Of a stretch of 54,519 bases of DNA, positions 9,079 through 18,821 are shown one piece after another. Position 1 is the stretch's first letter; each line of letters begins with the position of its first letter. The position numbers and the translations under genes are program-made. Origin of the DNA: an uncultured Candidatus Saccharibacteria bacterium (GTDB lineage Bacteria > Patescibacteriota > Saccharimonadia > Saccharimonadales > UBA4665); the NCBI GenBank assembly GCA_964560315.1, contig CAZLLA010000001.1:1-54519 (forward strand), in the 5' to 3' direction. The notes under the pieces were generated by a model. The model searched no databases, was not told the origin of the DNA, and saw nothing but the letters and a program-made list of their open reading frames with translations.

Positions 9079-10107
9079 ATGAAATTCCTATCCGACGTTA
9101 GCTTGGCAAATTATTCAACAATGCGTCTTGGCGGTAAAGCCGCCTTTGTAACAGAAATTCATGATCGCCGTGAATTGACCGAGGCCTTGGCTTGGGCGGA
9201 AGAACGAAAATTACCGGTGATTATGATTGGTGGCGGTAGCAACATTGTTTGGCGCGATGAAGGCTTTGATGGTTTGCTGCTAGTTAATAAGGTCATGCGT
9301 TACGAGGTTTTTGATGAAGATGAGACAAATTACTACGTCACTATCGGCGCCGGTGAAAACTGGGATAACACCGTTGCTCGAATGGTTGAAGCTGGTTTAA
9401 GCGGCACGGAGGCCCTAAGCCTAATTCCTGGAACCGCCGGGGCTACGCCAATTCAAAACGTTGGTGCTTACGGACAGGAGATTGCCAACACATTAGTTAC
9501 CGTTGAGGCCTATGACACCACTACGAAAAGCTTTGTGACTATACCTAATGCGGACTGTGCTTTCGGTTATCGCACCAGCCGTTTTAAGACTACGGATAAG
9601 GGACGTTTTTTCATTACTGCTATTACGCTTCATTTAAGTCGTACTAATCTGCAGCCACCATTTTATGCTGATCTGGAAGCTTATTTTAGTGAACATAAGA
9701 TTACTGAGTTTACCCCTCAAGCGACCAGGCTAGCTGTTATTGATATTCGCTCTCGTAAACTACCCGACCCTGCTCATGTAGCTAATAGCGGCTCATTTCT
9801 GGCTAATCCGGTTGTCGACAACAACACCTTTATGCAATTGGAAGACACGTATAGCAATATCCAGCATTGGCGAATAGACGATAACCACGTCAAACTGGCA
9901 GCTGGTTGGTTGCTAGAACAAGCCGGCTTTAAGGGCTACCATGATCCAGAGACGGGCATGGCGACTTGGCAAACTCATGCCCTGGTGCTGGTTAATGAGC
10001 ACGCTAAGTCAACTGCCGATCTTCTGAAATTCAAACAGAAGTTAGTGGGCGCCGTTCAAACAAAATTTGGTGTCACCTTAGTTCAAGAACCAGAGATGCT
10101 ACCGTAA
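9079..10107 (+). CDS. murB: UDP-N-acetylenolpyruvoylglucosamine reductase
   Basis: MurB N-terminus (LANYSTMRLGGKA), FAD-binding domain, C-terminal GWLLEQAGFKG motif. Start placed at ATG 9079, with TATACT at 9067-9072. Confidence 0.85.
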   Translation: MKFLSDVSLANYSTMRLGGKAAFVTEIHDRRELTEALAWAEERKLPVIMIGGGSNIVWRDEGFDGLLLVNKVMRYEVFDEDETNYYVTIGAGENWDNTVARMVEAGLSGTEALSLIPGTAGATPIQNVGAYGQEIANTLVTVEAYDTTTKSFVTIPNADCAFGYRTSRFKTTDKGRFFITAITLHLSRTNLQPPFYADLEAYFSEHKITEFTPQATRLAVIDIRSRKLPDPAHVANSGSFLANPVVDNNTFMQLEDTYSNIQHWRIDDNHVKLAAGWLLEQAGFKGYHDPETGMATWQTHALVLVNEHAKSTADLLKFKQKLVGAVQTKFGVTLVQEPEMLP

Positions 10108-10115
10108 GTGCAACT

Positions 10116-11402
10116 TCATGCTGGTTTGTCGCTCGGGAGTGGGAAATGTAATGAAAATTCTTTAACGGCTCGATGGAGCTCGTCTAGTTTAGCTTGGTCA
10201 TCCCGAGCATTAATAGCAGTTTTCATCCATTCAGCCAAAGTTACCATGTCTTTTTCGACTAGACCTCGAGTAGTTATCGCCGGTGTCCCGAGACGAACAC
10301 CACTCGGCCTAAAAGGGGGCAATGTGTCATTAGCAATGGCATTCTTGTTAAGGGTTAGGCCGATTTTATCGAGCGTCTCTTCAACTATCTTGCCGTCTAT
10401 GCCAAAACTTGCGTAAACATTGGCAAGAATAAGATGGTTGTCCGTACCACCAGTCACAAGTTTGAAATTGCGATCTAACATCTCAGCCGACAGCTTTTTA
10501 GCATTCTTCAGGATCTGCTCGGCATATGTCCGAAATTCTGGTCGCAAGGCTTCACCAAAACAGACTGCTTTAGCCGCAATTATGTGCATCAGCGGTCCAC
10601 CCTGCACGCCAGGAAAAACCGTTCGGTCAATCAGTGTCGGGATGTTTTCAATCGTCTTTTCTGGCGCTTTCAACGGGTTACTAACGACGCCTTTACTCAA
10701 AATTAAGCCTCCCCGTGGACCACGTAGAGTTTTGTGGGTTGTCGACGTAATAACATGAAAGCCGTAGTCTAGCGGATTTTTGGCCACCCCAGCGGCAATC
10801 AAACCGGCAATGTGAGCCATATCGGCCACCAGCAGCGCACCAACTTCTTGACCGATAGCAGCAAACTTGGCGTAATCCAGTTCACGCGGATAAGCCGAAA
10901 AGCCAGCCAAGATAATTTTTGGTTTATGTTCAAGAGCCAATTCTCTGAGATGCTCATAATCAATTTCGCCGGTATCGACATTTTTCATACCATAGCGGAT
11001 AAAATTATAGGTTCGGGCTAAAACGGTCACTGGTGATCCGTGAGTTAAATGGCCCCCATGGCTTAGATCCATAGCTAGGACAGTGTCGCCTGGCTCCAGC
11101 CATGAATGGTAGACAGCCTCGTTGGCTTGAGCGCCTGAGTGAGGCTGAACATTAGCGTGATCGGCTCTAAAAAGTTTTTTGGCTCGTTCAATAGCAATCG
11201 TTTCAACCTGATCAGTGTTCTCTTGACCACCATAGTAGCGTCGGCCAGGATAACCTTCCGAATACTTATTGGTAAACACACTGCCCATAGCCGTTAAGAC
11301 ATCACGCGATACGTAATTTTCGCTTGGAATCAGTTCTAAGCCTTCGTGTTGTCGTTTCTCTTCAGCGGCAATCAAACGTTTGATCTCTGTATCTTCCATC
11401 AT
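10116..11402 (-). CDS. glyA: serine hydroxymethyltransferase
   Basis: 428 aa. PLP-lysine motif TSTTHKTLRGPRGG. Full-length SHMT architecture. Confidence 0.95.
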   Translation of the reverse strand: MMEDTEIKRLIAAEEKRQHEGLELIPSENYVSRDVLTAMGSVFTNKYSEGYPGRRYYGGQENTDQVETIAIERAKKLFRADHANVQPHSGAQANEAVYHSWLEPGDTVLAMDLSHGGHLTHGSPVTVLARTYNFIRYGMKNVDTGEIDYEHLRELALEHKPKIILAGFSAYPRELDYAKFAAIGQEVGALLVADMAHIAGLIAAGVAKNPLDYGFHVITSTTHKTLRGPRGGLILSKGVVSNPLKAPEKTIENIPTLIDRTVFPGVQGGPLMHIIAAKAVCFGEALRPEFRTYAEQILKNAKKLSAEMLDRNFKLVTGGTDNHLILANVYASFGIDGKIVEETLDKIGLTLNKNAIANDTLPPFRPSGVRLGTPAITTRGLVEKDMVTLAEWMKTAINARDDQAKLDELHRAVKEFSLHFPLPSDKPA

Positions 11403-11534
11403 CTATACTCCCCTCAAGTTATGCAGTTCAATCGATCGCAATAACGACGGTTTAACTAGATCATGCTGACATTGTAACTCACCGATCAGAATTCGAGAAA
11501 ACCCTAGGAATCAATGTGAATTGATTATTGCACT

Positions 11535-11556
11535 AAAATATCACATGTGATATTTT
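11535..11556. promoter_or_regulatory. perfect 22-bp palindrome AAAATATCACA|TGTGATATTTT (candidate operator / back-to-back extended -10 elements)
   Basis: Read directly; 11+11 nt with no mismatch. Ends 9 nt before the ATG of the HTH-MurA gene, in the glyA/murA divergent intergenic region. Confidence 0.6.
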
Positions 11557-11565
11557 TAATCAGTT

Positions 11566-13086
11566 ATGCCTAAGACATACGAAAAAATCGGACAGCTTGT
11601 AGCTCAAGTTAGACAAGATCGTGGTTTAACCCAGGCGGAGTTTGCAAAATTACTCGGTACTAGCCAGTCAGCCATTAACCGCATCGAACACGGCAAGCAA
11701 AATTTGAGCCTTCAAACTTTAGGTCGGATCAGTGAGGTATTAAATAAGCAGCTGATTACCCTCAGTAGTAATGCTGTCAATCTTCATATTGAAGGTGGCC
11801 ATGAACTACACGGAACGATCGGGCTTAAAACAAGTAAAAATGCTGCGCTACACCTTCTTTGCGCTAGTTTACTTAATTACGGTGTCACACGTTTCAAATC
11901 GTTCCCGCGAATCGAAGAGGTTTATCGTATTATTGAAGTCTTTGAAAGTATCGGCGTGCAGGTTAAATGGCTACCCGGTAATGACTTAGAGATCCGCCGG
12001 CCAGCAACTCTGAATCTCGATAACTTAAACGCTGAAGCGGCCCGTTCCACTCGCTCAATCTTGATGATGATTGGTCCACTAATCCATGACTTTAAATCAT
12101 TCAAAATACCCTACGCCGGTGGTTGTCAGTTGGGTACTCGTACCGTTGCGCCACATTTATACGCCATGGAAGCTTTCGGCGTGGATATCGTTGCCACTCA
12201 GGGACACTACAATATAACAGTTCAGAAGAAACCAGCCGGCGATATTGTTCTTTACGAGTTTGGCAATACCGTGACAACAAACGCGCTCTTAGCATCAGCC
12301 AGGTTTGCCGAAACAACCACTATTGCTTCCGCGAGTGGCGACTATATGGTGCAGGATGTTTGCCATTTCTTACAGAAGCTTGGTGTGCGCATAGACGGCA
12401 TCAGCACCCAGAACCTCACGGTCAGGGGCGTGCCATTTATAAAGAAAAATGTCACCTATGCACCGGTTGAGGATCCAATTGAGGCAATGTTTTTCATATC
12501 AGCAGCAGTGACAACTAACTCCAAAATCACAATTGAGCGGACACCGTTTAAGTGGATTGGGTTGGAACTTTTAAAGCTCCAAAAGATGGGCCTTGAATAT
12601 AGTCTTAGCGAACCCTATAAAGCCGATAACGGCATAATCGACTTAGCCGATTTAACTATTGAAAAACACAACGGCAAATTACGTGCCTTGGCCGATAAGT
12701 TACACCCGAGCCTGTGGCCGGGGCTTAACCCTGACAGTTTACCGTATTTTGTGCCTATTGCAGCCGTCGCAAGGGGTCGAACCCTCATACATGATTGGAT
12801 GTATGAGAATCGAGCGATTTATTATACTGAACTAAACAAAATCGGGGCCCAGATAGAATTGGCTGACCCGCATCGTGTATACGTTGACGGACCGACCAAA
12901 TTCAGACCAGCTAATGTTGACTGTCCCCCGGCTCTCCGGCCGGCGAGTTTATTGTTAATAGGTATGCTGGCCGCAAATGGCGTAAGCATATTGCGTAATA
13001 TTTATACTATTCAGCGCGGTTACGAAGACCTAGCAGAAAGACTTAATTCGCTAGGGGCACACATTTCTTTGATACATGAACCATAA
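11566..13086 (+). CDS. murA: XRE-HTH domain fused to UDP-N-acetylglucosamine 1-carboxyvinyltransferase
   Basis: 506 aa. aa 8-62 are HTH_3 (GLTQAEFAKLLGTSQSAINRIEHGKQN). The rest is full-length MurA: KTSKNAAL, catalytic-Cys loop PYAGGCQLGTRTVAPH, WPGLNPDS, ENRAIYYTEL, C-terminal RGYEDLAERLNSLGA. Confidence 0.85.
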   Translation: MPKTYEKIGQLVAQVRQDRGLTQAEFAKLLGTSQSAINRIEHGKQNLSLQTLGRISEVLNKQLITLSSNAVNLHIEGGHELHGTIGLKTSKNAALHLLCASLLNYGVTRFKSFPRIEEVYRIIEVFESIGVQVKWLPGNDLEIRRPATLNLDNLNAEAARSTRSILMMIGPLIHDFKSFKIPYAGGCQLGTRTVAPHLYAMEAFGVDIVATQGHYNITVQKKPAGDIVLYEFGNTVTTNALLASARFAETTTIASASGDYMVQDVCHFLQKLGVRIDGISTQNLTVRGVPFIKKNVTYAPVEDPIEAMFFISAAVTTNSKITIERTPFKWIGLELLKLQKMGLEYSLSEPYKADNGIIDLADLTIEKHNGKLRALADKLHPSLWPGLNPDSLPYFVPIAAVARGRTLIHDWMYENRAIYYTELNKIGAQIELADPHRVYVDGPTKFRPANVDCPPALRPASLLLIGMLAANGVSILRNIYTIQRGYEDLAERLNSLGAHISLIHEP

Positions 13087-13099
13087 TAAGATTGCCTTG

Positions 13100-13118
13100 T
13101 GATATAATCACCTCTGTT
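13100..13118 (+). promoter_or_regulatory. tRNA operon promoter: extended -10 TGATATAAT plus conserved CACCTCTGTT
   Basis: TATAAT at 13103-13108, 10 nt before tRNA-Gly. The 16-nt string TATAATCACCTCTGTT is identical to the one upstream of tRNA-His. Confidence 0.55.
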
Positions 13119-13193
13119 GCGGGATTCGTATAACGGCTAGTATGTAAATTTTCCAAATTTACGGTGGGGTTTCGACTACCCCATCCCGCACCA
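13119..13193 (+). tRNA. tRNA-Gly(UCC)
   Basis: Hand-folded cloverleaf, 75 nt. Acceptor GCGGGAT/ATCCCGC, anticodon arm TAAAT-TTTCCAA-ATTTA, T arm GGGGT-TTCGACT-ACCCC, encoded ACCA. Confidence 0.85.
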
Positions 13194-13194
13194 A

Positions 13195-13271
13195 GCCCCG
13201 GTAGCTCAGTTGGATAGAGCAAGAGACTTCTAAGCTCAAGGCCAGGGGTTCGAATCCCTTCCGGGGCGCCA
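13195..13271 (+). tRNA. tRNA-Arg(UCU)
   Basis: 77 nt. Acceptor GCCCCGG/CCGGGGC, D arm GCTC-AGTTGGATA-GAGC, anticodon loop CTTCTAA, T arm AGGGG-TTCGAAT-CCCTT, GCCA end. The anticodon stem has only 3 Watson-Crick pairs (AGAGA/GCTCA). Confidence 0.75.
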
Positions 13272-13279
13272 TTTTATCG

Positions 13280-15781
13280 CTAGTGATTATTGCCGATGTT
13301 GGTCTTATAAAACCATATTTTAATTGTGTCTATAACCCCTAGGTAAGCAATTATCATGAAAACCGTGACGGATATTAGTCCGACGGAAAGTGGTGTGAAG
13401 GACAATAGTTTCTGGGTAGCTGGCAAGTAAACGAACAGCAGAGTCAGGACAGCTATTAAGGCGAAAGATATTTTCATTGGCTGCGATAGCTTTGGTGCTA
13501 GCCAGAAATGATCTTTATTACGAATTGAGAAGATCACTATCAGAGCCGAGAATGTTAAGAATAGATAAAGGCCCGTTTCAGCCACAGTTGCCGAATGACT
13601 CTTGATGATCGCGTAGTACATAATCTCGAATACAGCTGTTACTGAGCCTAAAAACATCGAAATGAACATCAGTGAATGGACATTAAATTTACTCGGTTGT
13701 AACAATTCTTTTGTGTCAACATTGTCGGTTGCGATCGTGATACACGGCAAGTCAGTTAGTAGACTAGTTAATAGAATTTGAACCGGTAAAATCGGCAATG
13801 ATCCAACCGATAACAGATACAGTGCGGACAAAGCAAAAAAATTACCCCAGTTGCTGACAAACGAAAAACGAATGTATTTATTAATATTGGTAAATATTTG
13901 GCGTCCATAATGAACGCCGTTGACGATCACGCCAATATCACTACGTAGAAGTAATATATCGGCGCTTTCCTGAGCCACATCGGTGGCATTATTGACGGCT
14001 ATAGCCACGTCAGCCAACTTGAGAGCTGGTGCGTCGTTAATACCGTCGCCTTGATAGCCAACTACATCACCGTGAAGTTTAAGTAGTTTTATGATCCGGT
14101 ATTTTTGTTCTGGGTTGAGCCTAGAAAAAGCATTGTTCTTTTGGGCCACATCAGCTACTTGATCGTCTGACATTTTATCCAAATCTTCTCCGGTGTAGAC
14201 AATCTGGTTCTTACCTACCAAGCCAACTTCCGTGGCTACGTATTGGGTAACTTCGCGACTATCGCCCGATAATATCTTAATGGCCACCCCGAGCTTCTCA
14301 GCTAATGCAATAGTGTGCTTGGCCGACGGCCGTAGTGGATCTTCGAGAGAAACAAAGCCAGCAAACTGTAAATCTTTTTCGTGCTTTAGGATATCGAATT
14401 CCCCGTGCGAGTCGTAATGGATTTCTTTGTAGGCTATACCTAGATGTCGCAGACCCATGGCCCCATCTGTTTTTAAAACGCTTTTGTATTGTTCGGCCTT
14501 AGATTCCTTTGCCAGATCAAGCAACGTTTCAACTGAGCCGACTTCCACTAGGTAGGTTCTTTCACCATCGCGGTAGACCACTCGGCGGCGGCGAGCCGTT
14601 GGGTCAAACGGCAACTCTTCAAGGCGTTCATAGACTTTAACTTCCTCTTGAATATCTGCTGGTACATATTCAAGGAAAGCTTTATCAAAAGAGCTCTGGA
14701 ATTTTTTACGTTTTTCGTCTAAGGTTTCCAGGCTTGCGACGGCCATCTGCTGGAAGAGTTTTGGATCGGCGGCAGTTAAGTTTTTAATCGTTAGCTTATT
14801 TTCTGTCAAAGTACCAGTCTTATCACTACAAAGTACCGTAATATTGCCGAGATCTTCCACGGCGGTCAGAGTTTTGGCAATAACGTGTCTTTTTGCCAAG
14901 TTAAGTGCCCCGCGGGACAATGTTACCGTTACAATAACCGGCATTGCCTCGGGGACCACGGCAATCGACAATGCAATAATGAACAACAATAAAGTGCCCA
15001 CGTTCGATGTATCGTGAATAAGAAACAACTTCAATATAAATACAACTACCAGAGTCAGGAAGGTCACTTTTACTAGAAAGCTGCTAAAAGATGATAACGA
15101 CTTCTCGAACTGTGTTTCACGCTTTGTCGAACTGGATAAATGAGCGATTTTACCAAGTTCAGTAAGTCCGGCCGTAGCATAGACAACACCTTTAGCCTCG
15201 CCCTGTTCAATCACGCTACCGGCATAAGCAATGGCTTGATTGCCGGATGTACTCTTTGCTACCGGTGCTGATTCACCGGTTAACTGTGATTCGTTGACCA
15301 TCGCGTCATCGACTTCAAAAAGGCGAATATCGGCCGGCACTATGTCGCCTTCACGGAGGACAACAACGTCACCTGGGACTATTAGCTTTTCAGGCGCCAA
15401 AGTCTGTTGGCCACCACGTACGACTAAGATATCCCTGTCGACTAACTTCTGTAACTTTTCAACGGCCTTTTCGGATCGAAACTCCTGAAAGAAACCAAGA
15501 CCGGTATTGATCAGTAGTATGGCAATGATTACCAATCCATCATTAAAGTCCTTAAGGACAAAAGACAAAAGAGCCGCCACAAGCAGTAGATACACCAAAG
15601 AGCTTCTGAATTGTTTTAGAATTAGCTCAGAGATACTTTTCTTACTTTCGTTTTTGAGTATATTTTGGCCGTAGCGTAGCAAGCGGCTTTGCGCTTCAGC
15701 TGCCGGTAAGCCAGCTGGTGACGTATCCAGCTCAGTCATCAACAAATGGAAGTCAATGCTTTTAGCTTTCTCTTTATCCAT
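13280..15781 (-). CDS. cation-transporting P-type ATPase (P2/P3-like, Mg2+/Ca2+ type)
   Basis: 833 aa. Canonical motifs TGESAPV, CSDKTGTLTENK and GDGINDAPALKLADV. TM4 motif PEAMP. About 10 TMs. Confidence 0.9.
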   Translation of the reverse strand: MDKEKAKSIDFHLLMTELDTSPAGLPAAEAQSRLLRYGQNILKNESKKSISELILKQFRSSLVYLLLVAALLSFVLKDFNDGLVIIAILLINTGLGFFQEFRSEKAVEKLQKLVDRDILVVRGGQQTLAPEKLIVPGDVVVLREGDIVPADIRLFEVDDAMVNESQLTGESAPVAKSTSGNQAIAYAGSVIEQGEAKGVVYATAGLTELGKIAHLSSSTKRETQFEKSLSSFSSFLVKVTFLTLVVVFILKLFLIHDTSNVGTLLLFIIALSIAVVPEAMPVIVTVTLSRGALNLAKRHVIAKTLTAVEDLGNITVLCSDKTGTLTENKLTIKNLTAADPKLFQQMAVASLETLDEKRKKFQSSFDKAFLEYVPADIQEEVKVYERLEELPFDPTARRRRVVYRDGERTYLVEVGSVETLLDLAKESKAEQYKSVLKTDGAMGLRHLGIAYKEIHYDSHGEFDILKHEKDLQFAGFVSLEDPLRPSAKHTIALAEKLGVAIKILSGDSREVTQYVATEVGLVGKNQIVYTGEDLDKMSDDQVADVAQKNNAFSRLNPEQKYRIIKLLKLHGDVVGYQGDGINDAPALKLADVAIAVNNATDVAQESADILLLRSDIGVIVNGVHYGRQIFTNINKYIRFSFVSNWGNFFALSALYLLSVGSLPILPVQILLTSLLTDLPCITIATDNVDTKELLQPSKFNVHSLMFISMFLGSVTAVFEIMYYAIIKSHSATVAETGLYLFLTFSALIVIFSIRNKDHFWLAPKLSQPMKISFALIAVLTLLFVYLPATQKLLSFTPLSVGLISVTVFMIIAYLGVIDTIKIWFYKTNIGNNH

Positions 15782-15852
15782 AACCTAATTCACATCATAC
15801 CAGAACTGCTTAAGCAACTTCTTGTTGTTCAATCGGGCTTTCGAAGTGAAAA

Positions 15853-17490
15853 TTAAGTATTCCAGTTTTGGCCTAATATAATGACGAAATCGGCATTTGG
15901 ATAATTAGCAGCCTCATAAGCTTCTGTTGACCCAGCGGTACTAGTTACGACAGTGCCCGGGAAAAGCTGACTAAGTAACTGCTTAGTTGATGGATCTTTG
16001 CCGCTGGATTGGTCAACAATCATGGTGCCCGTGTAGAGACTACTGGCATCAGCAACCGATACCTCGTCAACCCCCTTAGTTTTGAGAACGCCCTGTTCCT
16101 TACCGGCTAGGCCATTAACACCACTGCCATTTAAAATAACCACGCTGGCGCCTTCCTTAACAACAGGATTGTTGGACGTCAACTGAAGATAGTATTGCTG
16201 CAGGCCGCCATAATTCCCAATACCGGCAGAGGGTATCAAAGCATCCTGGCCTGAAGCTGGGTCGAGGTAGCCAACCAATAGCGGGTTCGTTGCGCCCGTT
16301 AAGCTAGCGCTGTATTCATAAGACCCCAAGGTTGAGGGTGTGATACCTTTAGTAAGCTGCACCAGCCTGAGTACATCTTGAAGGTTAAGATTTGTCTGAA
16401 CGTTGTTGCCAATCGCGCTAAAAAGACTGGAAATTTTTACCGGGTTAGTAATCACACCTAGCGTTTTGCCTTTAGCGGCCAAGGCAACTAACATTTCCCG
16501 CTGGTACATTGTCCGAGTGTAGTCACTATTTGGTATACCATAAGTTATGTCCCCAGCCGGGACATCACCACGAGCTCTGGCTAAGTTAAGTGCCTCTTGA
16601 CCATTTAGAGTCACTTCACCATTTGGCAACTTAAGGTGTGTATACGAATCATAGATACCCCTAGGATCAGGGCTTTGAATATCTATAGTTATGCCATCGA
16701 CTGCGTTGACTGCGTCCTGAAAAGCGGCGTAGTTAATTAACGCATAATAATCAATCGGTATCCCTAGATCATTTTGGACAATTTGCTGGAGTTGTCCCAT
16801 ACCACCTTGCGGATAGCCGGATTGATTAAAGTTTGTCACGTCGTTAGCTGCGTTAATTTTTTGATAAGACCCCAAGCCCGGAACATAAACCCACAGGTCT
16901 CGAGGAATACTCATCATAAAAGCTGTGTGATTATTGGTATTGATACTGAGAACCATAATTGAGTCAGTCAGATCAGCTCCGTTGTGACCTGGGTCGTCAG
17001 CTGAGTCCCCGGCTAGCAGTATATTAACTCGGCCCTGGCTTTCGCCGTTCAGTCTGGTGCTACTAAACAAAGCCTGAAAGTCACTAATCGGATTGCCGTG
17101 AAAAACTTTATCCAGGCTATTAATAATCTGACCACCATACCAGGAACCGACGCCTATAAGGATCAGAAAAAGGACTAGAAAAGTTGTCAAAACTTTACGC
17201 TTTCGTGACCATTTTTTCCGCCTTGATGGTTTGGATCCAAAAGTCTTCGAAGATTGGTATCGCGAGTTAGGAATAGTGGTGTTTAATAGTGACGGCTGAT
17301 TTGAGCTCGACGGTTTTGCAGAACTTTCGGATAATGCCGGCAGCTTAGGCTCATTAATTGGAGCATTGGGATTATAGTCTTCCTGAATAACTGGGCTAGG
17401 TAATTTCTGAGGATTATTGTGCTGAACACGACTAGGCAAGATACCGTCCAAGCTCACGGGCTGGCGGGGGCTAATCGGCTTATAATCCAT
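15853..17490 (-). CDS. LytR-CpsA-Psr (LCP) family cell-wall polymer transferase with LytR_C domain
   Basis: 545 aa. Disordered basic N-terminus, one TM. LCP core (NILLAGDSADD...DSIMVLSI...SIPRDLWV). C-terminal VVILNGSGVNGLAGK segment. Confidence 0.8.
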   Translation of the reverse strand: MDYKPISPRQPVSLDGILPSRVQHNNPQKLPSPVIQEDYNPNAPINEPKLPALSESSAKPSSSNQPSLLNTTIPNSRYQSSKTFGSKPSRRKKWSRKRKVLTTFLVLFLILIGVGSWYGGQIINSLDKVFHGNPISDFQALFSSTRLNGESQGRVNILLAGDSADDPGHNGADLTDSIMVLSINTNNHTAFMMSIPRDLWVYVPGLGSYQKINAANDVTNFNQSGYPQGGMGQLQQIVQNDLGIPIDYYALINYAAFQDAVNAVDGITIDIQSPDPRGIYDSYTHLKLPNGEVTLNGQEALNLARARGDVPAGDITYGIPNSDYTRTMYQREMLVALAAKGKTLGVITNPVKISSLFSAIGNNVQTNLNLQDVLRLVQLTKGITPSTLGSYEYSASLTGATNPLLVGYLDPASGQDALIPSAGIGNYGGLQQYYLQLTSNNPVVKEGASVVILNGSGVNGLAGKEQGVLKTKGVDEVSVADASSLYTGTMIVDQSSGKDPSTKQLLSQLFPGTVVTSTAGSTEAYEAANYPNADFVIILGQNWNT

Positions 17491-17539
17491 AGGCCCCTAT
17501 TATACTAAAAGTTATCTGCTTATGGAAAAACTACTGGAA

Positions 17540-18778
17540 TTATTTTATTTGTTTAGCAAACCAACGGGCGCTGGGTCGAATGGTCCGACGCATTGTGCGA
17601 CGATCGACAGCTACTAGACCGAACTTTGGCCACCACCCATAGGCCCATTCAAAATTATCAAGTAAACTCCAGTGTAAATAGCCCATGAGTCGGACACCAT
17701 GACGCTGTGCATTTTGCATGGCCAATATTGTTTGCTCAAGCCACCATTGGCGGTACTCATCACGTTCATCGGCTACTCCGTTTTCAGTAATCATCAGCGG
17801 TTTTTTGTACTTATCCCATATTTTTTCTAATAAAGGTTCAATGCCCTTGGGCTCCATGTACCAACCTAGATCATTAACTGGCTGCGTCGGGTTCTTCATC
17901 ATCCCCAGCCCATTAATATATTGCGTGAAGTAGTAATTAAGACCAATAAAATCCAAATGCTTCTTGATGCGGTTCAAGAACCACCAGTTAAAAATATAGT
18001 CAGCAATTTTGACGCTTAACTTATTGAAGGTGCTACCATTAACCGGTTCGATGTCGCTTAGCTGCGCAGCAATTCCAACAACTAGATTTGGTTGAATTAA
18101 TTTTATTGATTGATAGGCATTTCTGTGAGCCAAAGCCAGATTGTAATAAACTTGCAAGGTTCGTAACGGATTTTTGCGCTGGGGCGGCCAAGCACCCTGA
18201 AGATAACTAAAGATTACGTAGACATTGGGTTCGTTCAGAATCAAAACATACTTTAGCTGATCACCGTATTCTGTTATGACCTTAGCCACAAATCGTTCAA
18301 AATACTTTAAATTAAGTCTTTTTTCAAAACCACCTTTTTTCGTAAACCAAACCGGCATTGTCCAATGCCATAGAGTTAGGACCGGTTCAATACCGAGTTC
18401 TTTCATGGCGACAATATATTGTCGATAATGTTCGACTTCCTTTTCGTCCCACTGCCCTTCGGTTGGCTCAAGCCGTGACCATTCCACGCCAAAACGAAAA
18501 GCATTCATATTTAATTCTTTGACTAATCCAAAATCTTCAGCATAGCGTGAATAATGTTCTGTGCCTTTACCAGATATATAGTTTTCGGGGCTTTGGGCTT
18601 CAGACTTCACGGCTTGCCAATTTGGCAACCAACCAAGTCGTTTTTGGGCCGATTCAGCTAGACGGCGAGCATTGGCCACCTCCCACTCACTCCACTGGTT
18701 GTGCGTACCGCCCTCAACCTGGTGTGAAGCTACGCTGGCACCCCATAAAAAATCTTTTGAAAATGGTGGTTTCGACAT
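17540..18778 (-). CDS. glycoside hydrolase family 1 (beta-glucosidase-like)
   Basis: GH1 motifs FLWGASVASHQVEG, acid/base LNEPN, nucleophile ITENG. Start placed at ATG 18778 (MSKPPF). The ORF-track start at 18853 would overlap the tRNA-His promoter. Confidence 0.85.
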   Translation of the reverse strand: MSKPPFSKDFLWGASVASHQVEGGTHNQWSEWEVANARRLAESAQKRLGWLPNWQAVKSEAQSPENYISGKGTEHYSRYAEDFGLVKELNMNAFRFGVEWSRLEPTEGQWDEKEVEHYRQYIVAMKELGIEPVLTLWHWTMPVWFTKKGGFEKRLNLKYFERFVAKVITEYGDQLKYVLILNEPNVYVIFSYLQGAWPPQRKNPLRTLQVYYNLALAHRNAYQSIKLIQPNLVVGIAAQLSDIEPVNGSTFNKLSVKIADYIFNWWFLNRIKKHLDFIGLNYYFTQYINGLGMMKNPTQPVNDLGWYMEPKGIEPLLEKIWDKYKKPLMITENGVADERDEYRQWWLEQTILAMQNAQRHGVRLMGYLHWSLLDNFEWAYGWWPKFGLVAVDRRTMRRTIRPSARWFAKQIK

Positions 18779-18821
18779 TGCCTGTATTGTACCAACGGTA
18801 CGGTAGATTACGATAGGGTGT

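Noticed and set aside
11403-11534. Riboswitch (ZTP/pfl, glycine or THF type) in the glyA leader.
   Set aside because: Reading the minus strand shows none of the conserved cores (for example GGGTCGTGAC...CCGCCTGGGC for ZTP). The leader is short and AT-rich, with only promoter-like elements.
13280-15852. Mg2+ riboswitch (M-box) or leader peptide upstream of the MgtA-like ATPase.
   Set aside because: Only about 70 nt separate the ATPase start from the preceding gene, too short for an M-box, and no conserved core is visible.
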